From the NCBI GenBank assembly GCA_963662585.1, contig OY759729.1, forward strand, positions 2,112,001-2,176,000: a stretch of 64,000 bases of DNA, in the 5' to 3' direction. Position numbers and translations under genes: made by a program. Position 1 is the first letter of the stretch. Every line of letters begins with the position of its first letter. The DNA is from Candidatus Cloacimonadales bacterium (GTDB lineage: Bacteria > Cloacimonadota > Cloacimonadia > Cloacimonadales > JAFGVF01). The notes under the pieces are model-generated. The model ran no database searches. It was not told the origin of the DNA and saw nothing but the letters and a program-made list of their open reading frames with translations. Of the stretch, positions 29,784 to 38,553 are shown piece after piece.

Positions 29784-32240
29784 ATGTATAAAATTAATAT
29801 ATTAATAATAATATTGCTAATGGTGACTATTAGTATTAGTGCTAAAGTCTTAGAAGTTGGCTTAAGCCAAGATTTTACTTACAACACTATTCAATCTGCT
29901 GTGGATGTAGCTGTAGATTACGATACAGTCTTGGTTCATCCTGGGCGATATATCGAGAATGTTGAAATTTTAGAGAAAAGTCTTACTTTAGGCTCCCTAT
30001 TTCTAACCACTGGAAATCAGGCCTATATAGATTCTACAATTATTGATGGAGATAATGAATGGAGAATTTTATATTTTGAACATGATCGATTTCTTCCTAC
30101 ATCTAAGTGGTTTAGAATTAGTGGCTTGTCAATAATAAATGGTAATACTTTGACTAATCATAATAGCTTGCCAGAGGGTATAAGCATGCATGGGGGGGGG
30201 ATTGCTATTAATGGTTACAGCTACCTAAATCAGGAAGATTCAACTATCGAATATTGCAAGATTTTTAATAATACATCTTCAACAGGAGGTGGAATCGCAA
30301 TTTTTGAGTCAAATGTATGTATTGCAGGATGTGAAATTTTTAATAATAACGGAGGTCGTACTGGTGGTGGTATTTATAGTGTAGGAATAGATTATCAATT
30401 AGAATTATCTGAAACATATCCTAATTCTGTTTATAATAACAGTGCCGGTAAGGGCAGAGATGTTTATATAGAACCAATAAATAGTAATCCTGCTCAAATA
30501 AACGGACTCTATTTTGATAAGATATCAGTTGCTCCTGAAGGTGATTTCTCTCACTACTATTATGTTTCAGATGTAATAGAATGGGATGGCGAGATTACTT
30601 ACAACGAAACAGCTTATGAACGCATCGAAGCTGATTTATATGTTTCTCCAAATGGCAATGATAATAACACAGGCTTAAGTCCAGCTCAAGCACTAAAGAC
30701 TATTTCTAAAGCAACATCATTATTAAAACCTCGTACCAATGGCGATTATAATATTGTCCATGTTGCTCCTGGTTTATATTCTCCAGATACGACAGGAGAG
30801 ATATTTCCAATCAGTATGGATCGAGGAACCAAACTTGTCGGTGCTGGCTCAGCTGATATAATCTTAGATGGAGAAAATCAGATTTGTAATTTTTTCTATC
30901 TTGAAGATAACAGTGATATTTCAGTATCAGGTTTTAGCTGTAAGAACTTATATTCAAGAGCAGGATGGGCAGGAATTGTAAGGGCAAACAATGTTGAGGC
31001 TTTAGAAATGAAAGATCTTAATGTTGAGAATATCCATACTGATGGTGTCTTTGTTATCTTTTACACAAGTAACATATTGCTTGAAGATATCATTTTAAAT
31101 AATTATAACTATCATGGATTTATAATAGCAGCATCTCAAGGAGTGGTACATAATGTCTGGGCCGATAGTCTTAATGTTACAATGGAGGTAGAGGGTCAGC
31201 CTGGCTCTATACCAATAGCTTTTGATAAAGGCAGTTATAGAATCTCAAATATTGCAGTAACTAACTCTGTTATTCCTGGAGGAAGAGCTTTTCAGTATGG
31301 TAGTGATGCAAGTGAAAATGAAAGTAATGATTTTGCAACAGTTAATAATCTATTAGTAGCAAATTGTTCTTATACTCCTTTAGATTGGAATTTCACAACA
31401 GTTGGTTTTATAGGAGAACACTTACCCCAAATGAAAGTTAATAATATGACCCTAGTAAATAACACCAACAACTGGCCAATATTGGGTATTAGAGGGGATG
31501 TTAAAATTAGAAATTCAATTTTTGATAACCCTAATAGCTCTTATGAAATTTATTTATTGGACCCAGCTGAAGTACCTACACCTGGGATATCAGCACTTGA
31601 TATAGATTACTCTTTAGTAAGAGGTGGTATCGATGCATTAGTAACTGATTATGATGAGGAATGGACTCTTACTTGGGGAGATAATATGCTTGATGAAGAT
31701 CCTGGTTTTGCAGGTGGCGATGAAAGCTTATGGTCATCTTATTTCTTAGCTGAAGACTCCCCTTGTATAGATGCAGGAGTAGCTGATACAACAGGTTACT
31801 TTATGGTAGAAACAGATTTAAATGGATGTGAAAGAGTCTATGGCTCAGCTGTAGATTTAGGGTGTTTTGAATATGGAAGCCCTGTGCCCAACAGTGATAA
31901 TCACGATATAGCAGAGCTGCATAATAATATCATGATTTATCCTAATCCTGCTCAGCTGAATAGTGGACTGAAAGGAGTAAGCACTATAGAATTCACTTTG
32001 CCGGGAGCTAAAGCTAAAGATATCAGCGTAGGAGTATATAATCTCAAAGGCCAGAAAGTAAGAGATTTACAGGTAGGTCAAAGTTTTTATAACAACTTAA
32101 AAGTAGATAACCCTACCTATAGTTTGCACTGGGACCTAAAGAATAATAGAGGTAAAAATGTTTCTAGTGGTATCTATTTTATTAAAGCTGATGATAGGCA
32201 AGGGCATTCTGTTATTACAAAATCGTGTGTGATGAAATAG
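29784..32240 (+). CDS. Beta-helix/DUF1565-like CTD protein (paralogue 3, mosaic)
   Basis: Same architecture as the other copies. Contains a G9 tract at 30192-30200. Confidence 0.8.
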   Translation: MYKINILIIILLMVTISISAKVLEVGLSQDFTYNTIQSAVDVAVDYDTVLVHPGRYIENVEILEKSLTLGSLFLTTGNQAYIDSTIIDGDNEWRILYFEHDRFLPTSKWFRISGLSIINGNTLTNHNSLPEGISMHGGGIAINGYSYLNQEDSTIEYCKIFNNTSSTGGGIAIFESNVCIAGCEIFNNNGGRTGGGIYSVGIDYQLELSETYPNSVYNNSAGKGRDVYIEPINSNPAQINGLYFDKISVAPEGDFSHYYYVSDVIEWDGEITYNETAYERIEADLYVSPNGNDNNTGLSPAQALKTISKATSLLKPRTNGDYNIVHVAPGLYSPDTTGEIFPISMDRGTKLVGAGSADIILDGENQICNFFYLEDNSDISVSGFSCKNLYSRAGWAGIVRANNVEALEMKDLNVENIHTDGVFVIFYTSNILLEDIILNNYNYHGFIIAASQGVVHNVWADSLNVTMEVEGQPGSIPIAFDKGSYRISNIAVTNSVIPGGRAFQYGSDASENESNDFATVNNLLVANCSYTPLDWNFTTVGFIGEHLPQMKVNNMTLVNNTNNWPILGIRGDVKIRNSIFDNPNSSYEIYLLDPAEVPTPGISALDIDYSLVRGGIDALVTDYDEEWTLTWGDNMLDEDPGFAGGDESLWSSYFLAEDSPCIDAGVADTTGYFMVETDLNGCERVYGSAVDLGCFEYGSPVPNSDNHDIAELHNNIMIYPNPAQLNSGLKGVSTIEFTLPGAKAKDISVGVYNLKGQKVRDLQVGQSFYNNLKVDNPTYSLHWDLKNNRGKNVSSGIYFIKADDRQGHSVITKSCVMK

Positions 32241-32248
32241 GAGACTTA

Positions 32249-32335
32249 ATGTATAAAATAAATTTATTCCTTATAATATTGCTTATAGCCAGCGTTAATA
32301 TTACAGCTACAGTATTAGAAGTAGGATTAGGTTAG
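32249..32335 (+). pseudogene. 5' stub of a sixth beta-helix paralogue
   Basis: AGGAG RBS then MYKINLFLIILLIASVNITATVLEVGLG*, i.e. signal peptide plus the first mature residues only. Confidence 0.85.
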
Positions 32336-32432
32336 GTTAATAACTTGATAAAAAAATTTTGTTCTACAACTCTAAAGTAAATATTTATCAATTTAATTAA
32401 AAACTACAAAAAAAAGATGAAAAGAGTTGGTG

Positions 32433-33383
32433 TTAATCTTTGAAAATGCCCTCTCTATCTTGTACAATTTTAATTTTATTCAGCTTAACTAAATCTTTGA
32501 ACAATTGTCTATCTACTGATGTTTTACCTTTCTTATTTACTTTTTGGGCACTCTTTAACTCTTCTGGAATATCATTAGCTGAGTGAGAAACAACATACTT
32601 TGGAAGGATAGGGAATTCAACTAACTTAATTTTCGTATCATTCTCTAATTGAAATTTAAAAATAAATACTTTTATTTCATTAGCAAAATTTCTGTAAAAT
32701 ATTATTCCTTTATAGTATTCTTCTGAAAGGAAATCAATAGTGATTTTTGTTAGAGTTTTAATCTGAATATCATTGATAATGTCATTTATTTTACAATCAG
32801 AAAGTGATTTAGAAAATTCAACTAATTTATTTTCATTTAAAGCCAAGATAAACTTTCTTAGAAAATAGTAGATACCATTATGGAGTTTTGTCCCTGAAAT
32901 TGAACTACTAAAAACATGATCGTGCATCTTTTTGAATAAGATGATCTCTTGAGTTAAGTTATATATTTTATTTTTTAATCTCTTCTTTTTTATCTTATAA
33001 GCTTGAGCTAACTGGCTAATCTTATAATGTTCGTTATAGTATTTGTGTAATAATTTTTGGTCAGGCTTTTTGATGAAGTCATAAGAATAAAAATCAAGTT
33101 TGTATTCATCCTTTTCAAAATCATCAATAGCGATATTCTCTAAAAAAGAAGGTTCAAACATTAATTCCTTACTTTTCTGAGATATCTTGAATTGTTTAAA
33201 ACAGAAGTTTTTAGTTACTGTATATAACCAATTATCTAACTTTTCAGGATCAATCTTGTCACTATTAACAAATAATTGGATAGCTGCTAGCTGAGCAATA
33301 TCAAGAGCTTTGTCTTTATCGTTAAGGTATTTATATGCAACCTTTAAAGAATAATCTAATACTTTGTCATAATTAAAATTCAT
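32433..33383 (-). CDS. ECF-like sigma-70 factor with C-terminal extension (copy 2)
   Basis: ALDIAQLAAIQLF...NWLYTVTKNFC; HTH-like KISQLAQAYKIK...KNKIYNLTQE; shares GTKxHNxIYY and PILP with copy 1. Confidence 0.72.
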   Translation of the reverse strand: MNFNYDKVLDYSLKVAYKYLNDKDKALDIAQLAAIQLFVNSDKIDPEKLDNWLYTVTKNFCFKQFKISQKSKELMFEPSFLENIAIDDFEKDEYKLDFYSYDFIKKPDQKLLHKYYNEHYKISQLAQAYKIKKKRLKNKIYNLTQEIILFKKMHDHVFSSSISGTKLHNGIYYFLRKFILALNENKLVEFSKSLSDCKINDIINDIQIKTLTKITIDFLSEEYYKGIIFYRNFANEIKVFIFKFQLENDTKIKLVEFPILPKYVVSHSANDIPEELKSAQKVNKKGKTSVDRQLFKDLVKLNKIKIVQDREGIFKD

Positions 33384-33425
33384 TTAACTGCACCTTTGTA
33401 ATATTATGTAACTCATATATATACA

Positions 33426-33461
33426 AGATTTTCAACGAAAATAACATCTTTTTTGACTCTA
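33426..33461 (+). promoter_or_regulatory. Conserved bipartite motif, copy 2
   Basis: AGATTTTCAACGAAA-n9-TTTTTGACTCTA, starting 43 nt from the sigma start codon as in copy 1. Confidence 0.6.
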
Positions 33462-33493
33462 ATATATATAAAGATTTATTTGGGAGTCACATA

Positions 33494-33697
33494 ATGAAAA
33501 AAATCATGTTATTTCTTACTATTGTCATTTTTTGTACATCTGTATATTCAAGTCAAGGAGAATTTGCAGAATATAGACATTTAACATTAGCGGAAATTGA
33601 AAATGTTGATTATCAGGTTGTTTTAAGAAACGAAAATGATGATATTATTCTAGTAATTATCGAAGGGGAGGTATTCTATGTAGATAATGAATGGTAA
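33494..33697 (+). CDS. Small secreted acidic protein (67 aa), copy 2
   Basis: GGGAG RBS and signal peptide MKKIMLFLTIVIFCTSVYS. Homologous to 16337-16543. Confidence 0.75.
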   Translation: MKKIMLFLTIVIFCTSVYSSQGEFAEYRHLTLAEIENVDYQVVLRNENDDIILVIIEGEVFYVDNEW

Positions 33698-33759
33698 GCA
33701 TATCTCAAATTAACCAACAAAATTATATGATGATGGAGTAGTAAAAAAAAGGAGAACAA

Positions 33760-36700
33760 ATGAAAAAAATTACTTTAATATTATTGATAACTGCTTTTGT
33801 TGCAGTATTATCGAGCCAAAACATGCGAGATGGGCAAAGCTTTAATTTGTATTATGACAATGAAACTTCATGGGGTGAACTTGATGTAAATGACAATATT
33901 GTTCCTACTAGGATGGTCTTTTCATATAATTCCGAATTGAATTTCAACTACAATTTGAACAAATTATTTGGTGATGAAATGGGAGACTGTTATACCCTTT
34001 ATGGTGATTTTGTTGATTTCAAAATTTACGTAGATGATGTTATTCAATCTGATATTAGATATAGCAATAATGAATTTAGAAGTGCAATGGCGTCAGTATC
34101 GCAACAGTTATTTACTTATCAATCGCTATCAGTTGGTGCTTTTGATGTTAAATTTGAATTAATTTTTGATGGACATATGACCTGTAACTGGACTTATTAT
34201 GAGAGATTGTCTATTAATAAAACATTTTTCATATTGAATGAATATAAGGATTTATGTGAAGACATTAGCTTGTTAAATATTCATCAATCCAGCTATGAAA
34301 ATTCATCTTATTCACACATTAACAATGAATATATAAATAACTATACGGGAGATAAAATAATTTATTTTGGTTCTCAAAATCCTAATCCTAATAGCAGTGT
34401 GATTATGATTGAAGGATTTGATTTTTTTAATTCAGGAGCTCAACTTAGTTATTTTACAAACAGTTCAATCTATGATGAGGTAATTGTGAATAATGATATT
34501 TACTATATTCAATTTCATGATACTCAAAAAGATATGAGATATAACGCATTATCAGTCGTAAGAGCAATCTCTAAAATTCATGAAATTAGAACTGAAGATC
34601 GGCCATTTACCATTATAGGTTTTTCCGCAGGTGGAGTAATAGCACGATTTGCTTTGGCATGGATGGAAGAAGTAGGATTACAACATTTTACAAATCATTT
34701 AATTATGGTCGATTCTCCATTACGAGGTGCATATATAAATCAAGATATACAGACAGCTTTATACAGTATTTCAGGTGATGAAGGTGGTACAGATATAGGA
34801 AACAATAATATAATGATTACGGCAACATCGATAATCAAAAATACGCTTAGATCTTCTGCCGCAAGACAAATGTTAAGAAACAATAAATATGCATCAGGAA
34901 CAAACATTACAGGAGTAGGAAGTGATGATGCACTTTATTTCTATAGTTATCTAAATCTTATTGATAGAGAATACCTAGTTCAAAACTCATCAATGAATCC
35001 TCCAAATACTTTAAATAATGATGTAGCAAATACTAATAATAAACCAGGTTATCCATATAAACAAAATAATATTAAGTGTTCAGCAGTTTCTCTCGGGTCA
35101 TTATTAACTAATGGTGTACCCTCAGTTAATGGAGAGGAAGAAATACTCTTGAGTTTATATCTAGATATTGAATCGAGTTATTATGCTAATGCTACAGTTT
35201 TCTTTTGGGAACCTGGAACTCATGGATATAATAATGTTGGAATATCTAAAACTATTTATTGTAATGATGATAGTGATTATTGGCCAGGAGGGTGTTTACC
35301 AATATCATCCGAATCAAATCAATTAGTAGAATATGAACTGAATTTAGGTATTGGAGGTGCATTATTAAATATAAATGCTGGTGGATCAGTAGAAGTAAAT
35401 TTAGGGCTGAGTGTTATGCATAATTCAACATTTATTCCAACATTTTCGGCTCTAGATTTACAATCTGATGATTTTAATTTTGCTTTAACATCCCCAGAAG
35501 ATATACCTAGACAGATTACATTTAATCATTTATCATCATCGCCAATGAATATTGACGACATCTATTACCAAAGAACTAATCATGTGCAACATGCCTATTC
35601 AAGCTATGATTACTCACAACTAAGAAATAACTCTAATCATTGTTTCATTAATGATTATCTAGAAAACTCAAATAACCCTACTTCTCCTTTTGGAATATCA
35701 TCTCATTATATTTCTGGAAACATCATCTCAAATGATGGTTCACCTCTTGTTAATACAACAGTAACAATTACAAGCTCTAATAATGAAGATTTAGGCATTA
35801 CAGTAACAGATGGAAATGGCTATTATTCAATACCAATTTACACTATAGATAGTCATATTGATGTTAAAGCACAAAGAAATGACTTCTATACCCAATACTT
35901 GGCATTAAGCATCAGTGCTAGTCAGTATGAGTATTCAGCAGATCTTACTTGTTTGCCTATAGATAACGAAGTGTTGTTTGTTTCAGAAAATCTGATTAAT
36001 GGAAGAGAATATTTTGGCTCAATTCATTCTGCTATGTTATATGTAACCAATAATATACCAGAGAATATTGATAGAGTAGTAATTAATTTATTATCAGATA
36101 TAACAAACGAAGACTATTTGCAGATTATGAATACTTCTGTTTCTGGTAAGAAAATAGTTCTTAAGGGAAACAACAGAACTATGTCTAACAAACTAATATT
36201 ATTATCCGAATACGGAGATATTGAAATATTGAAGCTTAACTTCCAAGGAGCAAATCAAGCAATTGATACCAGTTATTTGTTAGAGAATACTTCCTTATCA
36301 CTAGTTAATTGTAAATTTAAAAACAACAATCAGGCAATTTTCTTTGAGTATCTTGGAATAAACAATAATATAAACATCGAAACTTGTACATTTACTAATA
36401 ATAGTAATACTGCTGCTTACTCTGACGACTATGATTTAGCTTATCTGAATACAGATTCAATCATAGGGGTTGGTGGAGCAATATATATTAATGGAGGAAA
36501 CACATTAGAAAATGCCGTAACAATAGATAATTGTACCTTTGGTGATAACCATGCAAAAGTAGGAGGAGCTATTTTTGTGAAAGGAATTCCTGAGCTAACA
36601 ATAGAGAATTCTACATTTATAGATAACTATATTGATAGTGAAAATATTGTATATAACGGTATTTACAAAGCATCATCAATCTATATTCATGAAACAAATC

Positions 36701-38469
36701 TGAACCTTAATCATAATATATTTGATGAATTTGTAGATAATAGTACATTTATGAGTCCTGATGCTCTCTTGTCTTTATCTGGGAATTCTGAATTGTATTC
36801 TTTAAATAATACTTATATAAATAATTATAGTGGTAGGAGTATTTTATGTTATGATAATTCCCAAATTAGTTGCATTAATGATATTTTTCTAACAAAGGAA
36901 AATGTAAATTATGCAGTAGGATGTTATAATGGCACACAAAGCGAATTATCTAATTGTATAATTTATGGTTACGCTTCTTCTAACCCTGTTCCTATGTCCT
37001 CAGGATATGAAATTGTAGACCCTCTCTTAGACAGCAACTATCGCCCAATCTGGACATTAGCTCAACAATCTCCTTGTATTGAAGCTGGAGTTAGAGATTT
37101 AGATGGTGATGGTTCATGGTGGTTTGAAGATAAGGATGATCAAGATATATATGGAACAAGACCAGAAATAGGTGCTATACCTGCTGATATGGATGGTTGG
37201 GGACATGTTCTTCCAGCCAATCAAGTTAGGTGGATTTGTTTCCCTTATACTTTAAATGATCCAAGTCGATATGAACTAACTCATTACCTTGAAGGTGCCC
37301 AAGTGAATTTTATAAATCATGACTATACCAATAACCCAGGCACCTCTCCAAACACTCCAGTCTTCGGACAAAAAGGCTTTAAGATAAGAGCGTTTGCAAA
37401 TGATTATAAAATAGATCATTTTGGTAAGCCTGTTGGCCATCCTCTGCATTATCCAAGTGGTAATCAGATTATCTTATCTCGTTTACCATTTGCTCAATCA
37501 GGGTCTAACTTAATAGGCTATTACAAAGAGGATAGCTGTAATCCTATGGATGCTTTCCAAAATCTTTTAGATTCAGGAATGATAGAATCTGTTAAGGGTG
37601 AAGATTGGACAATCTATTATGGATATCCTCAGAGTCCTAAAGGAGATATTACTGATTTAGGTTGGCATTTAATCTCTCATACCGGGAAAAGACCATCCCT
37701 AGATCTAGGTGAAGCTGTTGATGTTGTGTATTGTGGAGACAGTGAGCAAATTGAGTTTAACTGGAGTGATGGACTTACTGTAGTTCCCAAAGTTAAAAGT
37801 ATTAAACCGGTTACTTTTACTTACCAAGAAAAAGAGAATTATTTACCATTGCAGGTTAAAATTGCAGATTTCACTCCTGATAAATCTTCAGAGCCTTTCG
37901 GAGAATTAGGTGTTTATATTAATGGTCAATGCAAAGGTGCTGGTATAATAGCAGATTCAGTTGTTACTGTTTTTGCTTACTTGGATTCTTTAGTGTTAAC
38001 AGAAAATGATACCATCTCCTTTGTTATGCATGATTATCATGACAGCAAAAATGTAAAGAAATTTGCAGATTACAGAGTTTATGATTCTATAATTGATAAT
38101 TATGTTGAGCAAATTTCTCATAAGATTAATGATGAGATTGTATTCTTTGATCTGGTATCTAAAGATGATCAACAAAGCAATGTAATACCGGTAGTAACAG
38201 AGATTAGATCAATTTATCCAAATCCATTTAACCCTGAAACGACAATTGAGTTTAACCTAAAGGAAAATAGTGATGTAAATATCCGAGTCTATAACCTCAA
38301 AGGTCAGTTGGTAAAAACTGTAATCAACAGTAAATTTGAGGCAGGTAATCATAAAGTAGTATGGAATGGTACTAACTCAAATGAACAGAAAGTTGCGTCA
38401 GGACTTTATTTCTGTCGCATGGAAACAAAAGATAAGAGTGTCACTAAGAAAATGATTCTCATGAAATAG
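33760..38469 (+). CDS. Large secreted alpha/beta-hydrolase (lipase/esterase-like) with Ig-like and beta-helix domains and T9SS-type CTD
   Basis: Signal peptide; IMIEGFD; IIGFSAGGVIARFAL (GxSxG); VDSPLRGA; TDGNGYYSI; GGAI repeats; SPCIEAG; CTD IYPNPFNPET...KKMILMK. Confidence 0.75.
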   Translation: MKKITLILLITAFVAVLSSQNMRDGQSFNLYYDNETSWGELDVNDNIVPTRMVFSYNSELNFNYNLNKLFGDEMGDCYTLYGDFVDFKIYVDDVIQSDIRYSNNEFRSAMASVSQQLFTYQSLSVGAFDVKFELIFDGHMTCNWTYYERLSINKTFFILNEYKDLCEDISLLNIHQSSYENSSYSHINNEYINNYTGDKIIYFGSQNPNPNSSVIMIEGFDFFNSGAQLSYFTNSSIYDEVIVNNDIYYIQFHDTQKDMRYNALSVVRAISKIHEIRTEDRPFTIIGFSAGGVIARFALAWMEEVGLQHFTNHLIMVDSPLRGAYINQDIQTALYSISGDEGGTDIGNNNIMITATSIIKNTLRSSAARQMLRNNKYASGTNITGVGSDDALYFYSYLNLIDREYLVQNSSMNPPNTLNNDVANTNNKPGYPYKQNNIKCSAVSLGSLLTNGVPSVNGEEEILLSLYLDIESSYYANATVFFWEPGTHGYNNVGISKTIYCNDDSDYWPGGCLPISSESNQLVEYELNLGIGGALLNINAGGSVEVNLGLSVMHNSTFIPTFSALDLQSDDFNFALTSPEDIPRQITFNHLSSSPMNIDDIYYQRTNHVQHAYSSYDYSQLRNNSNHCFINDYLENSNNPTSPFGISSHYISGNIISNDGSPLVNTTVTITSSNNEDLGITVTDGNGYYSIPIYTIDSHIDVKAQRNDFYTQYLALSISASQYEYSADLTCLPIDNEVLFVSENLINGREYFGSIHSAMLYVTNNIPENIDRVVINLLSDITNEDYLQIMNTSVSGKKIVLKGNNRTMSNKLILLSEYGDIEILKLNFQGANQAIDTSYLLENTSLSLVNCKFKNNNQAIFFEYLGINNNINIETCTFTNNSNTAAYSDDYDLAYLNTDSIIGVGGAIYINGGNTLENAVTIDNCTFGDNHAKVGGAIFVKGIPELTIENSTFIDNYIDSENIVYNGIYKASSIYIHETNLNLNHNIFDEFVDNSTFMSPDALLSLSGNSELYSLNNTYINNYSGRSILCYDNSQISCINDIFLTKENVNYAVGCYNGTQSELSNCIIYGYASSNPVPMSSGYEIVDPLLDSNYRPIWTLAQQSPCIEAGVRDLDGDGSWWFEDKDDQDIYGTRPEIGAIPADMDGWGHVLPANQVRWICFPYTLNDPSRYELTHYLEGAQVNFINHDYTNNPGTSPNTPVFGQKGFKIRAFANDYKIDHFGKPVGHPLHYPSGNQIILSRLPFAQSGSNLIGYYKEDSCNPMDAFQNLLDSGMIESVKGEDWTIYYGYPQSPKGDITDLGWHLISHTGKRPSLDLGEAVDVVYCGDSEQIEFNWSDGLTVVPKVKSIKPVTFTYQEKENYLPLQVKIADFTPDKSSEPFGELGVYINGQCKGAGIIADSVVTVFAYLDSLVLTENDTISFVMHDYHDSKNVKKFADYRVYDSIIDNYVEQISHKINDEIVFFDLVSKDDQQSNVIPVVTEIRSIYPNPFNPETTIEFNLKENSDVNIRVYNLKGQLVKTVINSKFEAGNHKVVWNGTNSNEQKVASGLYFCRMETKDKSVTKKMILMK

Positions 38470-38529
38470 TTGACAGAAAAAGTAGATAAATAGTAATATG
38501 ATACAGAGGGAGGATTACTCTCTCTGTAT
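38470..38529 (+). promoter_or_regulatory. Promoter plus stem-loop upstream of beta-helix array 2
   Basis: Near-identical to 24570-24630. Confidence 0.55.
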
Positions 38530-38553
38530 TCATTTTAATAACTAGGAGACCTC

